This document shows, one piece after another, positions 46,544 through 56,410 of a stretch of 63,245 nt of DNA. The notes beneath the pieces are model-generated. The model worked only from the letters and a program-made list of their open reading frames with translations. It searched no databases and had not been told where the DNA came from. Position numbers and translations under genes: made by a program. The stretch is from NCBI GenBank assembly GCA_003599425.1, contig QZKC01000094.1:1-63245 (forward strand), given 5' to 3'. Origin of the DNA: Nitrospiraceae bacterium (GTDB lineage: Bacteria > Nitrospirota > Thermodesulfovibrionia > UBA6902). Position 1 is the stretch's first letter; each line of letters opens with the position of its first letter.

Positions 46544-49323
46544 TCCCCTATCCCAGGATTTCCAACCGCAACATTTACTCCATATTTTGAATTGAAAACC
46601 GTGAAGCTGCTTTTCTGTATTCCATAGGCATCGAATATTTTCACGACTGCCTCATTATTCATACCTGAACCCATGCCTGCGATTATCTCTGCTACTCCAT
46701 CTCCGTCCAGATCTCCGCTTGCCAGGTTAGCGCCATAATTTCCAGCTACCCCGGCATTGAATATGGATATAGTTTCAGCATCACCGTTTACAACCTGTAT
46801 ATCGAAACTCTTTTTATAACGGGGGCCGGTTCCGATGATGATCTCATCAAAATAATCTCCATTTATATCTGCGCTTGCCAGGCTGTTACTATTTACATAT
46901 CGTGATTCAACAGGAAATTCCTTAACAAGTGAAACACTCCACTGACCAACGCCCTTTTCCGTATTTACTTTCCATATCCGGATCCAGCCTTTAATACTTT
47001 TATTACCTTTTCCGGTTCCTGACATTGTGACCAGTTCACTCATTTCATCACAATCAATATCTGTGGTAGCAACACGAACTCCGTTATTCGTTTCAAAAGC
47101 AAGCAGGCTGATCCCACTGTCTACAAGTTTGTCCTGGGCAGTGTCATATGCAAATATTTTCACCTCAGCAGGATTATTGACCCCAGATCCCACTACTACC
47201 TCTGAGTGTCCGTCTCTGTCAAAATCACAACTGGTGACATTGGCTCCATATTTATAATCAAACGCTGTTGTTTTCAGTTGGCTCAGTTCATGACCTTTTC
47301 GATCGAAGATTCTTATTTCCGCAGGATTTGAAGGACCAGGTCCAGGAGCAGTGATGATCTCATCGTAGCCGTCACAGTTAACATCACCGGTTGCGACATT
47401 GACTCCATAGGGATACTGATGGGCAATGAATTCTACTCCGGTGGATGTTCCATTTGGGTTGTATCCCTTCACAAGTCCGTTATCTTCAAGTCCGGGGCCT
47501 TTGCCTACAATTATCTGCTTGAAATATCCACTCTGATTATTTGACGCTTCCTTTATGTATTCGCCGGTAAAACTGATGCTACTGTCTTTTTCCAGTGTCA
47601 GGCCCTGAGAAACCGGCTGCTCATATCCGGCAACATCTCCGAAAACTACGACGTATGTGCCGGCAGGTGCATCATTGACCTGCCAGTTCTTGCCGCTTCC
47701 AGAATATGAAGCAGTACCGTTGATGATGAATGTGGCCGCTTTTATATTTGTTAAGACATTGATCGCTCCCTTTGCCTCTGTGACACTCAGACTCACTGAT
47801 ACAGCCCTTGTATCTGACGTTGTGCCTTGTCCTTCTATTGTTATAGTTCCGGTATATGTTCCCTGCGTCATGCTTGTTATATCAGCACTCACTGAAATAC
47901 TATCCTGTGCTGTTCCAGCATATTTGTTTAAAGTAATCCACGCTCTGTCTGAAGAAGCTGTCCAGTTGAGTATGCCATCACCTGCATTGATTACAGAGAT
48001 ACTCTGTGATGACGGCTGAGCACCATTCAATGAAGTAAACTCCAAAGATACCGGCGTTACAGAAAGTACAGGTGTCGGTGGACGAACTACATTTAAAGTG
48101 ATATCAATTATTTCTGTGCCTCCTGATTCTGCGTTTATCACAACAGTCCCCTCGTATATTCCTTCTGACAATCCTTCAAGATTCACCCCAACCTGCATGG
48201 CATGGCTTTCTGACTGTGCAATGGAGCCAGCACTTTCGGAGAGAGTTATCCAACTGTCCTGAGCAGATGCTGACCAGCTCAGAACGCTGTTCCCTGTGTT
48301 TTTTATTTCCACGACCTTTGAATCAGGATTATTACCATTCGTAAATCCATCAAATGAAAGGACTGAAGGTGTCACTTCCATTTGTGTATATGCATCCAGT
48401 CCATACACTTCCACGCTTTTGGTATTTAGTGACGCTATAAACAGCCTGTTGCTTTTACCCCTAACCAGTCCCAAAGGGGTCCTTAGAGGATTTTCTGTTC
48501 CATAGATCGAACCGATATACAGGCCGTTTTCATCAAAGACACGAACTACCTGCTGATATGCATCGCTGACATATATTCTTCCAACTTCATCCTTGATAAC
48601 ACCGACCGGACGGCTTAGTTTCCCTGCTCCAATTCCATACTCTCCAAAACTCCTTTTGTAGATGCCGTTCAGATCAAACACCTGTACTCTTGCACCATGG
48701 CTCATTTCCGTTCCTGATTGCCTTAACTGACGGTCGACAACAATGATCTCTCCTGAGGTTTCATGGATTGATATTGAGGTGGGAAAAGTAAATTGGCCAT
48801 TGCTACTTCCACTCCCTCCAAAAGAATATTTGAAAGAGCCATCAGAATTAAATACCTTTATCAGATCCTGGTCGCTGTCCACCACATAAATTTCGCCTGC
48901 TTTACTTGTCGCTATCGCTATCGGTTGTTTGAATTCCCCATCTCCTGATCCAAGTTTGAATAACTTATGCAAATTGCTGTCATAAGCTTCTACGTTCCCA
49001 TTTCCTTGATTACCCACAAAAATTCTCCCGCTTTCGTCAACCGCAACGCCAAGTGGTACATTCAGTCCATAAAGCAACTTCAACAGGTGGCCGCTCTGGC
49101 TGTAAATGAGCAATCTGTTCTCTATTGATTCAGTTACATAGAGGTTTTCATATATATCGAGTGCTGCAGCAGTGGGGGCCGTGAGATTTTCCGTAACCGG
49201 CTGAAGTCTTGAATAGTCAGGCATAACAGCAGCCTGTAATGACACTGTCCATAAGAACATAAAACAAAGAAAAAAATACAGCGAGATAAAATCACATCCT
49301 ATATTCGCTCTACTCTTTTTCAT
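46540..49323 (-). CDS. NHL beta-propeller plus two BACON/Ig-like domains, PEGA-like domain and FG-GAP repeats
   Basis: GSGDGEFKQPIAIA and GQFTFPTSI repeats; VTPSVLSF...N.G...LSWSAS..WITL twice; VATGDVNCDGYDEII repeats; GGAG RBS before ATG 49323 (track start 49362). Confidence 0.85.
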   Translation of the reverse strand: MKKSRANIGCDFISLYFFLCFMFLWTVSLQAAVMPDYSRLQPVTENLTAPTAAALDIYENLYVTESIENRLLIYSQSGHLLKLLYGLNVPLGVAVDESGRIFVGNQGNGNVEAYDSNLHKLFKLGSGDGEFKQPIAIATSKAGEIYVVDSDQDLIKVFNSDGSFKYSFGGSGSSNGQFTFPTSISIHETSGEIIVVDRQLRQSGTEMSHGARVQVFDLNGIYKRSFGEYGIGAGKLSRPVGVIKDEVGRIYVSDAYQQVVRVFDENGLYIGSIYGTENPLRTPLGLVRGKSNRLFIASLNTKSVEVYGLDAYTQMEVTPSVLSFDGFTNGNNPDSKVVEIKNTGNSVLSWSASAQDSWITLSESAGSIAQSESHAMQVGVNLEGLSEGIYEGTVVINAESGGTEIIDITLNVVRPPTPVLSVTPVSLEFTSLNGAQPSSQSISVINAGDGILNWTASSDRAWITLNKYAGTAQDSISVSADITSMTQGTYTGTITIEGQGTTSDTRAVSVSLSVTEAKGAINVLTNIKAATFIINGTASYSGSGKNWQVNDAPAGTYVVVFGDVAGYEQPVSQGLTLEKDSSISFTGEYIKEASNNQSGYFKQIIVGKGPGLEDNGLVKGYNPNGTSTGVEFIAHQYPYGVNVATGDVNCDGYDEIITAPGPGPSNPAEIRIFDRKGHELSQLKTTAFDYKYGANVTSCDFDRDGHSEVVVGSGVNNPAEVKIFAYDTAQDKLVDSGISLLAFETNNGVRVATTDIDCDEMSELVTMSGTGKGNKSIKGWIRIWKVNTEKGVGQWSVSLVKEFPVESRYVNSNSLASADINGDYFDEIIIGTGPRYKKSFDIQVVNGDAETISIFNAGVAGNYGANLASGDLDGDGVAEIIAGMGSGMNNEAVVKIFDAYGIQKSSFTVFNSKYGVNVAVGNPGIGE

Positions 49324-49380
49324 CTTTATCTCCATATATATGTTCAGTAATTTATCGCTCATTGTCCTATTTTTTTACAA

Positions 49381-49397
49381 TGCAACTACCGTACCTG
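49381..49397 (-). promoter_or_regulatory. Putative sigma54 (-24/-12) promoter
   Basis: Minus strand CAGGTACGGTAGTTGCA vs consensus YTGGCACGRNNNTTGCW (2 mismatches; GG-N10-GC spacing exact), in a 200-bp intergenic gap. Confidence 0.6.
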
Positions 49398-49562
49398 TTC
49401 GCATATAAATCAAAAAACTCCAACTTATTGAATAATAGGTAAAGTTATATATCGCTTCTCTTAAAGAAAATGACAAAAAATTGACGTTTGAGGAATTTAA
49501 CGCACAGGCTGTGTTAAATATATTGAAAATACCAACTCCTGTAATTATGAAGAAAACTCTTT

Positions 49563-50240
49563 TCATCTTTGATTCTCTTTCATTTCAGTAAGTATTGATT
49601 TTGCTTTCTTCCCAACATTCAATTGGGGGAAAAGTTGAGAAACGATCTCATACCCTCTTTCAGCTTCGATATAATTGCTTAAGTTGTAATTTGCTTCAGC
49701 ATACATGAATAAAAGAGATGCCCTTGAACTTGTTCCTTTTTCAAGATATTCCTTGTATGCAGGGGCTGATAATTTAATCAAGCTTTGCCAATCATCATGT
49801 GCAGCATAGGCATTGGCAAGCACATTCTCAACTTTGTTCTGCAACACAGAAGCAGGATATTTTTCCAGAAAATCCCGGTATAAAGTTTCCGCCTTTGAAA
49901 AATCCGGCGGAGAGTATTCATCAACATAGATCGTTATAAGTCTTAAGTAGCTTTCCTGTGCAAGCGGGGTTTCCGGATATTCTCTTATGATCTTCTTGTA
50001 AAGCTCTTCAATTTGGGGCAGAACAGATCGCCTGTTGTCTGTTGATTCCACTATATCGAGAATTTCAGAAAATATCTCAAGGGACTTTACTTCCTGTTGG
50101 GTTCTCATAGCGGGTTCCACCTTCATTTTTGATGGTTGTACATGGGAATTAGTATCCTGTACAGTTTGTATTACACAAGAAGACAGAATACTGACAAGCA
50201 GTAAGTTTATAATAATCCTGAACATACAAGAATTCCTCAC
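49563..50240 (-). CDS. TPR/BamD-like helical lipoprotein
   Basis: Lipobox LSSC; repeated Y..II..YP..P.A / Y..FL.KYP / Y..V...FP motifs. Confidence 0.7.
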   Translation of the reverse strand: MRNSCMFRIIINLLLVSILSSCVIQTVQDTNSHVQPSKMKVEPAMRTQQEVKSLEIFSEILDIVESTDNRRSVLPQIEELYKKIIREYPETPLAQESYLRLITIYVDEYSPPDFSKAETLYRDFLEKYPASVLQNKVENVLANAYAAHDDWQSLIKLSAPAYKEYLEKGTSSRASLLFMYAEANYNLSNYIEAERGYEIVSQLFPQLNVGKKAKSILTEMKENQR

Positions 50241-50355
50241 ATATTTATCGTCAAAAAGAGGCTGTTACTTTAGTAGTATCTGTCTATAGACTGTACAGGG
50301 GGGGTATGCTAACTATCTGGAGCTTAAAAGAGAAACGGGTGGGATTGAAAAAACA

Positions 50356-50625
50356 CTATTTGGGTTGATTCTTTTTGTAACGTGTCGTTTCCTTAAATAT
50401 ATCGGCGTGGCAACTTAAGCAATCGATGATGTTACCGCCGGCGGCCTGAACCATGGCCTCATATTTTTTGGGGTTTTTCTGTTTTACTTTTTCGATATGC
50501 TTTTTGATCAGCTCTTCAGTCTTTGAGTCTGCAAATGCCACTGTTCCTGAAACTGACAACAGTGATAAACATGCAAACAATATCGCTATTGGTCCTAATC
50601 TTCTCATAATAACACCTCGCCTCAT
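50356..50625 (-). CDS. Small exported monoheme cytochrome c
   Basis: Signal peptide (AFA-D); single CLSCH; start may be ATG 50604. Confidence 0.65.
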   Translation of the reverse strand: MRRGVIMRRLGPIAILFACLSLLSVSGTVAFADSKTEELIKKHIEKVKQKNPKKYEAMVQAAGGNIIDCLSCHADIFKETTRYKKNQPK

Positions 50626-50628
50626 GTT

Positions 50629-51942
50629 TTAAAACAAATAATCGCCATATGCCACTGCATCAATCAGATTATTTCCGTGTTTGTGACATTCAGTACACAG
50701 GCGATATTCATCACCTATGGGTCCATGACAGGTTGTCGACGAACACCCTGCATCTCCTCCAGGTACCGTTGCCGGATGGTCATGCCTTGCATCACTTATA
50801 GCAATATCATGGCACTTGTTGCACAAATTTATCCATTCAGTATTTGGATCTCCTGAGGGGCCAGATCCTGTCCCTGAATCGACAGTAACTGTACTGCCTG
50901 TGCTGCCATTAACTTCCCGTCTTATGAGAAAGAGATTGGGGGAGCTGTGAGGCTCATGACAATCAGTACATGCAAGGACATATGTACCACATGTTGCTGA
51001 TTGATAAGGCGCAAAGATATTTGAACACGTATCAGGTTCCCCAACAGGAGTATTGTTGTCGGCGGTTCCGCTACCGTGTTTTTCGTTACTCCAACTGAAC
51101 GTATTCAGGTTCCTCGCAAGAGGCGTGCTGCTAATCGTATTTGTGTTATTGTGGCAATCTGTGCAATAGGTAACATAATCAGTCAGGTTCGTTCCATTCT
51201 GAGTTGTTGAACCATCCGGCTCATATGTTACAACAGAATTGAACCTGTACGGAGCCTGATATCCTGATGTATAATCACTCATCTTCTCACCTGCACTGTC
51301 TCCCCATAGTCCCCAGGAATTATTGTCATTGCTTGAATGCAGACTGGGGCGGGAAACGGGATACCCACGCGAACCTGAAGTTTTTGCACTGCCCGGTGCA
51401 TTCGCAGGGTCTCCCTGGGCAGCATGCGGATTATGGCATGCATTACATGGGTTAGAGTCTGCTGTATAATTCCATCTCCCTGTGATGAATGTTCTTATGT
51501 CATCAAGATAATGCGACGTGTCCGGTGAAGTAAATGAAAAAGATTCGAGGGTGTCATTTACTGTATCAGCATTCCAGCCGCCTGCGCGGTAACTGTAACT
51601 CCTGTTAATAATGCTCCCTCCCGATTGATAAGCCCCTGCATCCTTATGGCACTGAAAACAGAAATTATCGGTCTGGCTCACATGGTTACTGTAAAATAGC
51701 GTGAATGAGGATGGCCCGCCTGATGATGGCAGCGGTTCTGATCCGTCTATGCTGGCATGCATTTCATGACAGTGAGCACACAGGCCTTTTGTGTAATCAG
51801 GGAATCCTGATGCAGTCCGCTTAACGCCATAAGTGGAATTCCCATGAGCTGAGCTGAGATATGTACCGGCATCCGCGAACTTGCCGCAAATAAGCAAGAT
51901 TGAAATCAGCACTGTTCCAGTGATAAAAACGCTTTTTTTCAT
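50629..51942 (-). CDS. Extracellular-type multiheme cytochrome c (7 CxxCH plus 1 CX4CH)
   Basis: CAHCH, CFQCH, CNACH, CTDCH x2, CNKCH, CTECH, CSSTTCH; signal peptide; Ser/Thr/Gly-rich. Confidence 0.9.
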   Translation of the reverse strand: MKKSVFITGTVLISILLICGKFADAGTYLSSAHGNSTYGVKRTASGFPDYTKGLCAHCHEMHASIDGSEPLPSSGGPSSFTLFYSNHVSQTDNFCFQCHKDAGAYQSGGSIINRSYSYRAGGWNADTVNDTLESFSFTSPDTSHYLDDIRTFITGRWNYTADSNPCNACHNPHAAQGDPANAPGSAKTSGSRGYPVSRPSLHSSNDNNSWGLWGDSAGEKMSDYTSGYQAPYRFNSVVTYEPDGSTTQNGTNLTDYVTYCTDCHNNTNTISSTPLARNLNTFSWSNEKHGSGTADNNTPVGEPDTCSNIFAPYQSATCGTYVLACTDCHEPHSSPNLFLIRREVNGSTGSTVTVDSGTGSGPSGDPNTEWINLCNKCHDIAISDARHDHPATVPGGDAGCSSTTCHGPIGDEYRLCTECHKHGNNLIDAVAYGDYLF

Positions 51943-51964
51943 TTTGCCTTTTTCTTATAAAACA

Positions 51965-53110
51965 TCAGTTTCTTGATGTATGACATACGTTGCATCCTGA
52001 TATGGCGGCTGAAAGAGTTGAACTCCTGTAATTCCATCTCATCATATCATCATTATCAGTTGCATGTGCGGCATGGCAGGACAAGCACATGACCGCAGTT
52101 CCAGAACCCGGGGTTACTGTGCTGCTCATTGAGCTGGGAACTGTCGTTCTTGCAACAGGTATGGTTATATTGTACGCTGTATAGCTTGCATATTCACCGC
52201 TATTAGGCAATATCACATCTGTGGGGTGCCGAAGGAAGGGTGAAGTAGTATCATCCCCTATACCCTGTGAATTATCCAGTTGATTAATAACATGGAATGC
52301 CCGGTGACATGTCCCGCAAAAACCGCTCATAGTATTGTTGGAGACCTTTATCCCGCCCGAACCTATTGGAGCAACATGACAAAGACCCGTACAGTCTCCG
52401 TTGTAAACAACCGGAGCAGTCGCTCCAAAGTATTCATTGTGGTTCGATGCATCAAAGTTCTGCCACTTCGTAGATGCACTGACCTGACCGTCGTTTTCGT
52501 ATCCCATGACTGAATACAAAAATCTGTAGCTATTGTACGTCTGGTCCGCAACATCGATCTTTCCGCTTGTGTTTTTGTGGTGAGCGCCTTTCACCCCGCC
52601 AGAGCTTGAACGGATACCATGACATCCTCTCGCACCGGCGCAGTTGAGTGTCGACCCGAAATTACTCACCGGCGCATGATAACCCGGAGGCCCGGCCAGC
52701 GCCCCTGTTAATGTATTATCAAGATTGCCAAGGTCTATAACATTATGACCTTTGTTGTCTGAGGCTCCGCTGCCTTTGGTCCCGAGCACATAGGCAAAAT
52801 TACCTCCAGCAAGATCAGCAGACGCACTGCTGTGATATACCTGCGGCGCTCCGGTGACAGGGTCAATATTGCTTGCGGCACCTGAGCCATGACAGCCCAA
52901 ACACCCGCCCAATGTCAGTGCGTCGTACGGCCCGGTACCTTTCCATGGCTGACCTGAAGCACCATATGTAGCCACTGCCGAACCACCCTGGCTGTTATGC
53001 ATTGTATGACATGTGCTGCACGCACCCGATATGGCTGTATTTCCATAATCAGCGGGGGTGCAGATAACGGCCAGCAAGATGACGATATATTTTAAAGTTT
53101 TCATTGACAT
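51965..53110 (-). CDS. OmcS-like multiheme cytochrome (5 CxxCH plus CX5CH plus CX3CH)
   Basis: Motif order matches OmcS as recalled: CxxCHTMHNS.GG, CL.CH, GG.F..V, KGHN, L.C..CH, MS.[FW]C..CH..[FI]H, LRHP, V.CLSCH.AHA...M.R.N, terminal C..CH. Confidence 0.75.
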   Translation of the reverse strand: MSMKTLKYIVILLAVICTPADYGNTAISGACSTCHTMHNSQGGSAVATYGASGQPWKGTGPYDALTLGGCLGCHGSGAASNIDPVTGAPQVYHSSASADLAGGNFAYVLGTKGSGASDNKGHNVIDLGNLDNTLTGALAGPPGYHAPVSNFGSTLNCAGARGCHGIRSSSGGVKGAHHKNTSGKIDVADQTYNSYRFLYSVMGYENDGQVSASTKWQNFDASNHNEYFGATAPVVYNGDCTGLCHVAPIGSGGIKVSNNTMSGFCGTCHRAFHVINQLDNSQGIGDDTTSPFLRHPTDVILPNSGEYASYTAYNITIPVARTTVPSSMSSTVTPGSGTAVMCLSCHAAHATDNDDMMRWNYRSSTLSAAISGCNVCHTSRN

Positions 53111-53181
53111 ATATTATGCAATAATTGTTCTGTATATTTTAAGAACCTCTATATTAAGCAAGCCCACAATAAGAAAACATG

Positions 53182-54468
53182 CTACATTCTGTGACATTGT
53201 ATGCAAAGCGCCCTGTTCCGGTCAGCAGTAAGCATAAAATCAGCTCTCGCTGCATGCATACTATGGCATGAATTACAGGTGACAGGCCCTCCGCTTCTTG
53301 GATCCACTATATTTGGCCCAACCGGATGCGTAACTTTATGTTGCGATTCATGGCATCGCACACACATAGCAATCTCATCATCCCTGTAATTGAGCGGCCG
53401 GTCTGAATGCATCGGGATGTGGCACTCAAAACATTTCCTGTTTTTTACAGGAGCACACCCTACTGATTTCAGGGCCTTCTCCATTGCAGCAGTGTTTCTC
53501 TCGGTCTTCTCATGGCATCCCGAGCAAATCTTTGTTTCGCTTGCGGTAAAACTCTTCTTCCCGGATGCGTGGGAGTCATGACAAACAACACATGAATTCT
53601 TTGCATCTTTCACATGGATATCGCTGCTGACATATTTCAATTGTGAGTCATCCTTTTTATGACAATCGAGGCATACTCCCTCGCCTTCTTTTTTAGTCGT
53701 TATCCTGCTTCCCGGAGTAATAGGATTGTGGCACTGGCTGCATTCCTTGTCCAGAAAGGCCTTATGTCCATAAGGGCCAAGCGCTCCTTTTATCTGTGAT
53801 CCGTGACCTGAGTGGCATGATGTGCAATCTGATACAGCTACTTCAGAGACAATGGACACTTCACCTGCCCTGCATCTGGGTGCATGACACTCGCGGCAAA
53901 GCTTATTCGGAGCAGAAATCAGCAAAAACTCCTCCGAAGACCCGTGCGAATTATGACAGGATGAACATTGGCCTTTCTTGAAAGGCGAGCATCCATATGG
54001 CTTATCCATCTGTGCTTCTATGTTTTCATGACAACCAATACAAAGGTCTTTCTCAGCATTTACAAGAAGGTTCGTATAATTGCCGCTATGTGGGTAATGG
54101 CATTTTGTGCAGAGATCGTCCCTGAGCGGACTATGGACGCTTTGGCTTTTCAGAAGATTACGGATCTTTTCATGACAGCCGATACAGACAGAATTAACAT
54201 CATCCATCAAACCCTTGACATTCCCGGCATGGGAATTATGGCAGGTTAAGCACTTGCCCTCTCTGAAAAGAAAGTGAACAGCAGGGGATGAAAGTTTTTC
54301 TTTCAGTTCCCTGTGACATTCATAGCAGAGGCCGGGGACAGATGATTTCAGCTTGACCTCAGCAGGAGCAGGAGAATACCCAAGAGGCATAAGAAAATAA
54401 ATTATTATGAAGAGGACAATCTTGATTTTGAGGTTTTCAGTGGCACGCATCGCAGTCTCCTTCCGCAA
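53182..54468 (-). CDS. 16-heme periplasmic cytochrome c (doubled-CXXCH/cytochrome c3-like repeats)
   Basis: 16 CxxCH counted by hand, with CxxCHxxH repeats; start may be ATG 54447. Confidence 0.92.
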   Translation of the reverse strand: MRKETAMRATENLKIKIVLFIIIYFLMPLGYSPAPAEVKLKSSVPGLCYECHRELKEKLSSPAVHFLFREGKCLTCHNSHAGNVKGLMDDVNSVCIGCHEKIRNLLKSQSVHSPLRDDLCTKCHYPHSGNYTNLLVNAEKDLCIGCHENIEAQMDKPYGCSPFKKGQCSSCHNSHGSSEEFLLISAPNKLCRECHAPRCRAGEVSIVSEVAVSDCTSCHSGHGSQIKGALGPYGHKAFLDKECSQCHNPITPGSRITTKKEGEGVCLDCHKKDDSQLKYVSSDIHVKDAKNSCVVCHDSHASGKKSFTASETKICSGCHEKTERNTAAMEKALKSVGCAPVKNRKCFECHIPMHSDRPLNYRDDEIAMCVRCHESQHKVTHPVGPNIVDPRSGGPVTCNSCHSMHAARADFMLTADRNRALCIQCHRM

Positions 54469-56410
54469 CCGGCTTGTGAAGAATATTTTTCAGCAGTCCT
54501 GGTTTTTCCGTCACATGCGGGACATGACAGGTCAAGCAATGGCCGATCTTCGCTATCGGCTGAGTATGTGCTTTAAGAAGATTCCCGGTATCCTCTGAAT
54601 GGCATTGCACGCATAAAGCAGGATCCTTGGCACTCAGCAAATATTTTGAATCAGAATAGTGGGGGAAATGGCAGCTCAGGCAACTCCCCTCCTCCAACTG
54701 AAGGTGCCCTTTCCTCGTTTTTGCAGTTATGATCCTCTCATGACATGAGAGACAAAGCTCATTTGGCTTGTTCAAAAGCTGATATTTGAGCTTGGTACCA
54801 TGAGGACTGTGACAGGACGTACAGTTGCCGTTTTCTACAGGCAGATGTTTGTTGCTGCTCTTATACGTTTCGGTCTCCATTTTCTTATGGCATGTATAAC
54901 AAAGCTCCTTCACCGGCCTGGTGATGACCCCGGTGAAATCACTCGCATGGGGATCATGACATTCATTACATTTTTTATCCCTGAACAGGGGATGCCCGCC
55001 GCTTTTATCAACTCTCAGGAACATGCTCTCATGGCATTTGATGCAAACCTGCTCCGGCGGCCTGCTCAATAATTTTTCAAATGAAGACGCATGTGATCTG
55101 TGGCAGGAACCGCACGCTCTCTTTGCTACCGGGGTGTGGACATATATTTTGAAAAAATTTTTCTCTTCTTTCTGGTGACAGGTATAACACAGATCAACAG
55201 GGGAAACCTTCATCATATATGGATATCCAGTTCCGTGTGAATCATGGCATTTTGTGCATTCAAGACTGGAGAAAGGTTCATGGGAGAAGGCCATTTTCAA
55301 TTCATCACGCACTCCCTGATGACAGGTAAAACACAACTGCTTCTGTGAAGCTTTAAGGTAATACGGATTTTCAGATGCATGAGGATCGTGGCAGGCTGTA
55401 CAGCCCTGCTTTTTGATCGGGTCATGCACATGTGACACGTTTATCTTAGGTTTTTCAGCGTGGCACTTCATGCACAGAGCATTTTTATCCTCTCTGGTGA
55501 TCTTTGGATAATCAGAGGCATGAGGGCTGTGACACGTGATGCACTCTCCTTTTTCTGTAACCGGATGCCTGTATGCTGTCCGGTATGAACGCTCTTCTTT
55601 TTTATGACAGGAATAACAAAGTGAGCTGCCTGAAGCTGTCAGACCGAACGGCTCCGGATCAGTCGCTGGCCTGTGGCAGGAACTGCATTGAGCGAGTCTT
55701 AACGGTTCATGAACAGATTCTCTAAGCAATTTATCATTGGAGGAACTGTGAGGAGCGTGGCAGTCTGAACAGTGTGATCGCTCAACCGGATAATTCTTGT
55801 GGGCATTATTAAAAACAGAAGACTTGTAATCATGGCAGGAGCTGCATAACTCCCTCTCTTCCTTAATGAGGTTGCTCTTGAACTGAGACCCATGGGCTGC
55901 ATGACAGGCGAGACAGCCATCCTCAAGCGCTTTATGCTGTCTGGGCCGGGCAAAAGAAGTTTTATCATGACAGACAAAACATTGCCCGCTTCCTGTATTT
56001 TTTTGCAAAGACTTATTGTCTGAAGCATGCGGATCATGGCACGGAAGACATACTCCGTTTTTCAGGGCAGTATGGACACTGGACATTTTCTGGACATCTG
56101 AAGCCATCTGTGAATGGCACGTGTAACAGAGTTTCCTCTCTTCTTTTTCCCTGAATGATTTGACTGCAAGCTTTCCATGCCTGAGGTGGCAGGACTCACA
56201 GTCCTGTTTACTCATCGGATCATGGACATACTTCATCTTAAAAGCATCCTGCTTTTCCTTATGGCAGTCCATACAGGGCTTTGGCGCAAATTTCTTCCTC
56301 ACCTGCGGTTCAGGGGCACAGGAAACGAAAATAGCTGTTATCAGAACTGTCAGAATTAATTTAAAAATGTTATGAGGATTAATTCTTTCCACCTTTGAAC
56401 CCTTTTTCAA
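54437..56410 (-). CDS. 26-heme cytochrome c lipoprotein
   Basis: 26 CxxCH counted by hand; lipobox FVSC. Confidence 0.92.
   Translation of the reverse strand: MKKGSKVERINPHNIFKLILTVLITAIFVSCAPEPQVRKKFAPKPCMDCHKEKQDAFKMKYVHDPMSKQDCESCHLRHGKLAVKSFREKEERKLCYTCHSQMASDVQKMSSVHTALKNGVCLPCHDPHASDNKSLQKNTGSGQCFVCHDKTSFARPRQHKALEDGCLACHAAHGSQFKSNLIKEERELCSSCHDYKSSVFNNAHKNYPVERSHCSDCHAPHSSSNDKLLRESVHEPLRLAQCSSCHRPATDPEPFGLTASGSSLCYSCHKKEERSYRTAYRHPVTEKGECITCHSPHASDYPKITREDKNALCMKCHAEKPKINVSHVHDPIKKQGCTACHDPHASENPYYLKASQKQLCFTCHQGVRDELKMAFSHEPFSSLECTKCHDSHGTGYPYMMKVSPVDLCYTCHQKEEKNFFKIYVHTPVAKRACGSCHRSHASSFEKLLSRPPEQVCIKCHESMFLRVDKSGGHPLFRDKKCNECHDPHASDFTGVITRPVKELCYTCHKKMETETYKSSNKHLPVENGNCTSCHSPHGTKLKYQLLNKPNELCLSCHERIITAKTRKGHLQLEEGSCLSCHFPHYSDSKYLLSAKDPALCVQCHSEDTGNLLKAHTQPIAKIGHCLTCHVPHVTEKPGLLKNILHKPVAEGDCDACH

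Noticed and set aside
49375-49566. 63-aa ORF in the gap before the NHL gene
   Set aside because: It overlaps the sigma54-like promoter and palindrome, has no RBS and no recognisable features; probably non-coding
50629-51942. OmcZ assignment for the 8-motif cytochrome
   Set aside because: Heme count matches, but motif spacing and sequence do not resemble OmcZ as I recall it, and no subtilase is adjacent
49363-53181. GEMM (c-di-GMP/cGAMP) riboswitch upstream of cytochrome genes, as known for Geobacter omcS
   Set aside because: No GGCAAAC...GAAA...GACGCAAA-type pattern in the intergenic gaps I read; an Infernal scan would be definitive
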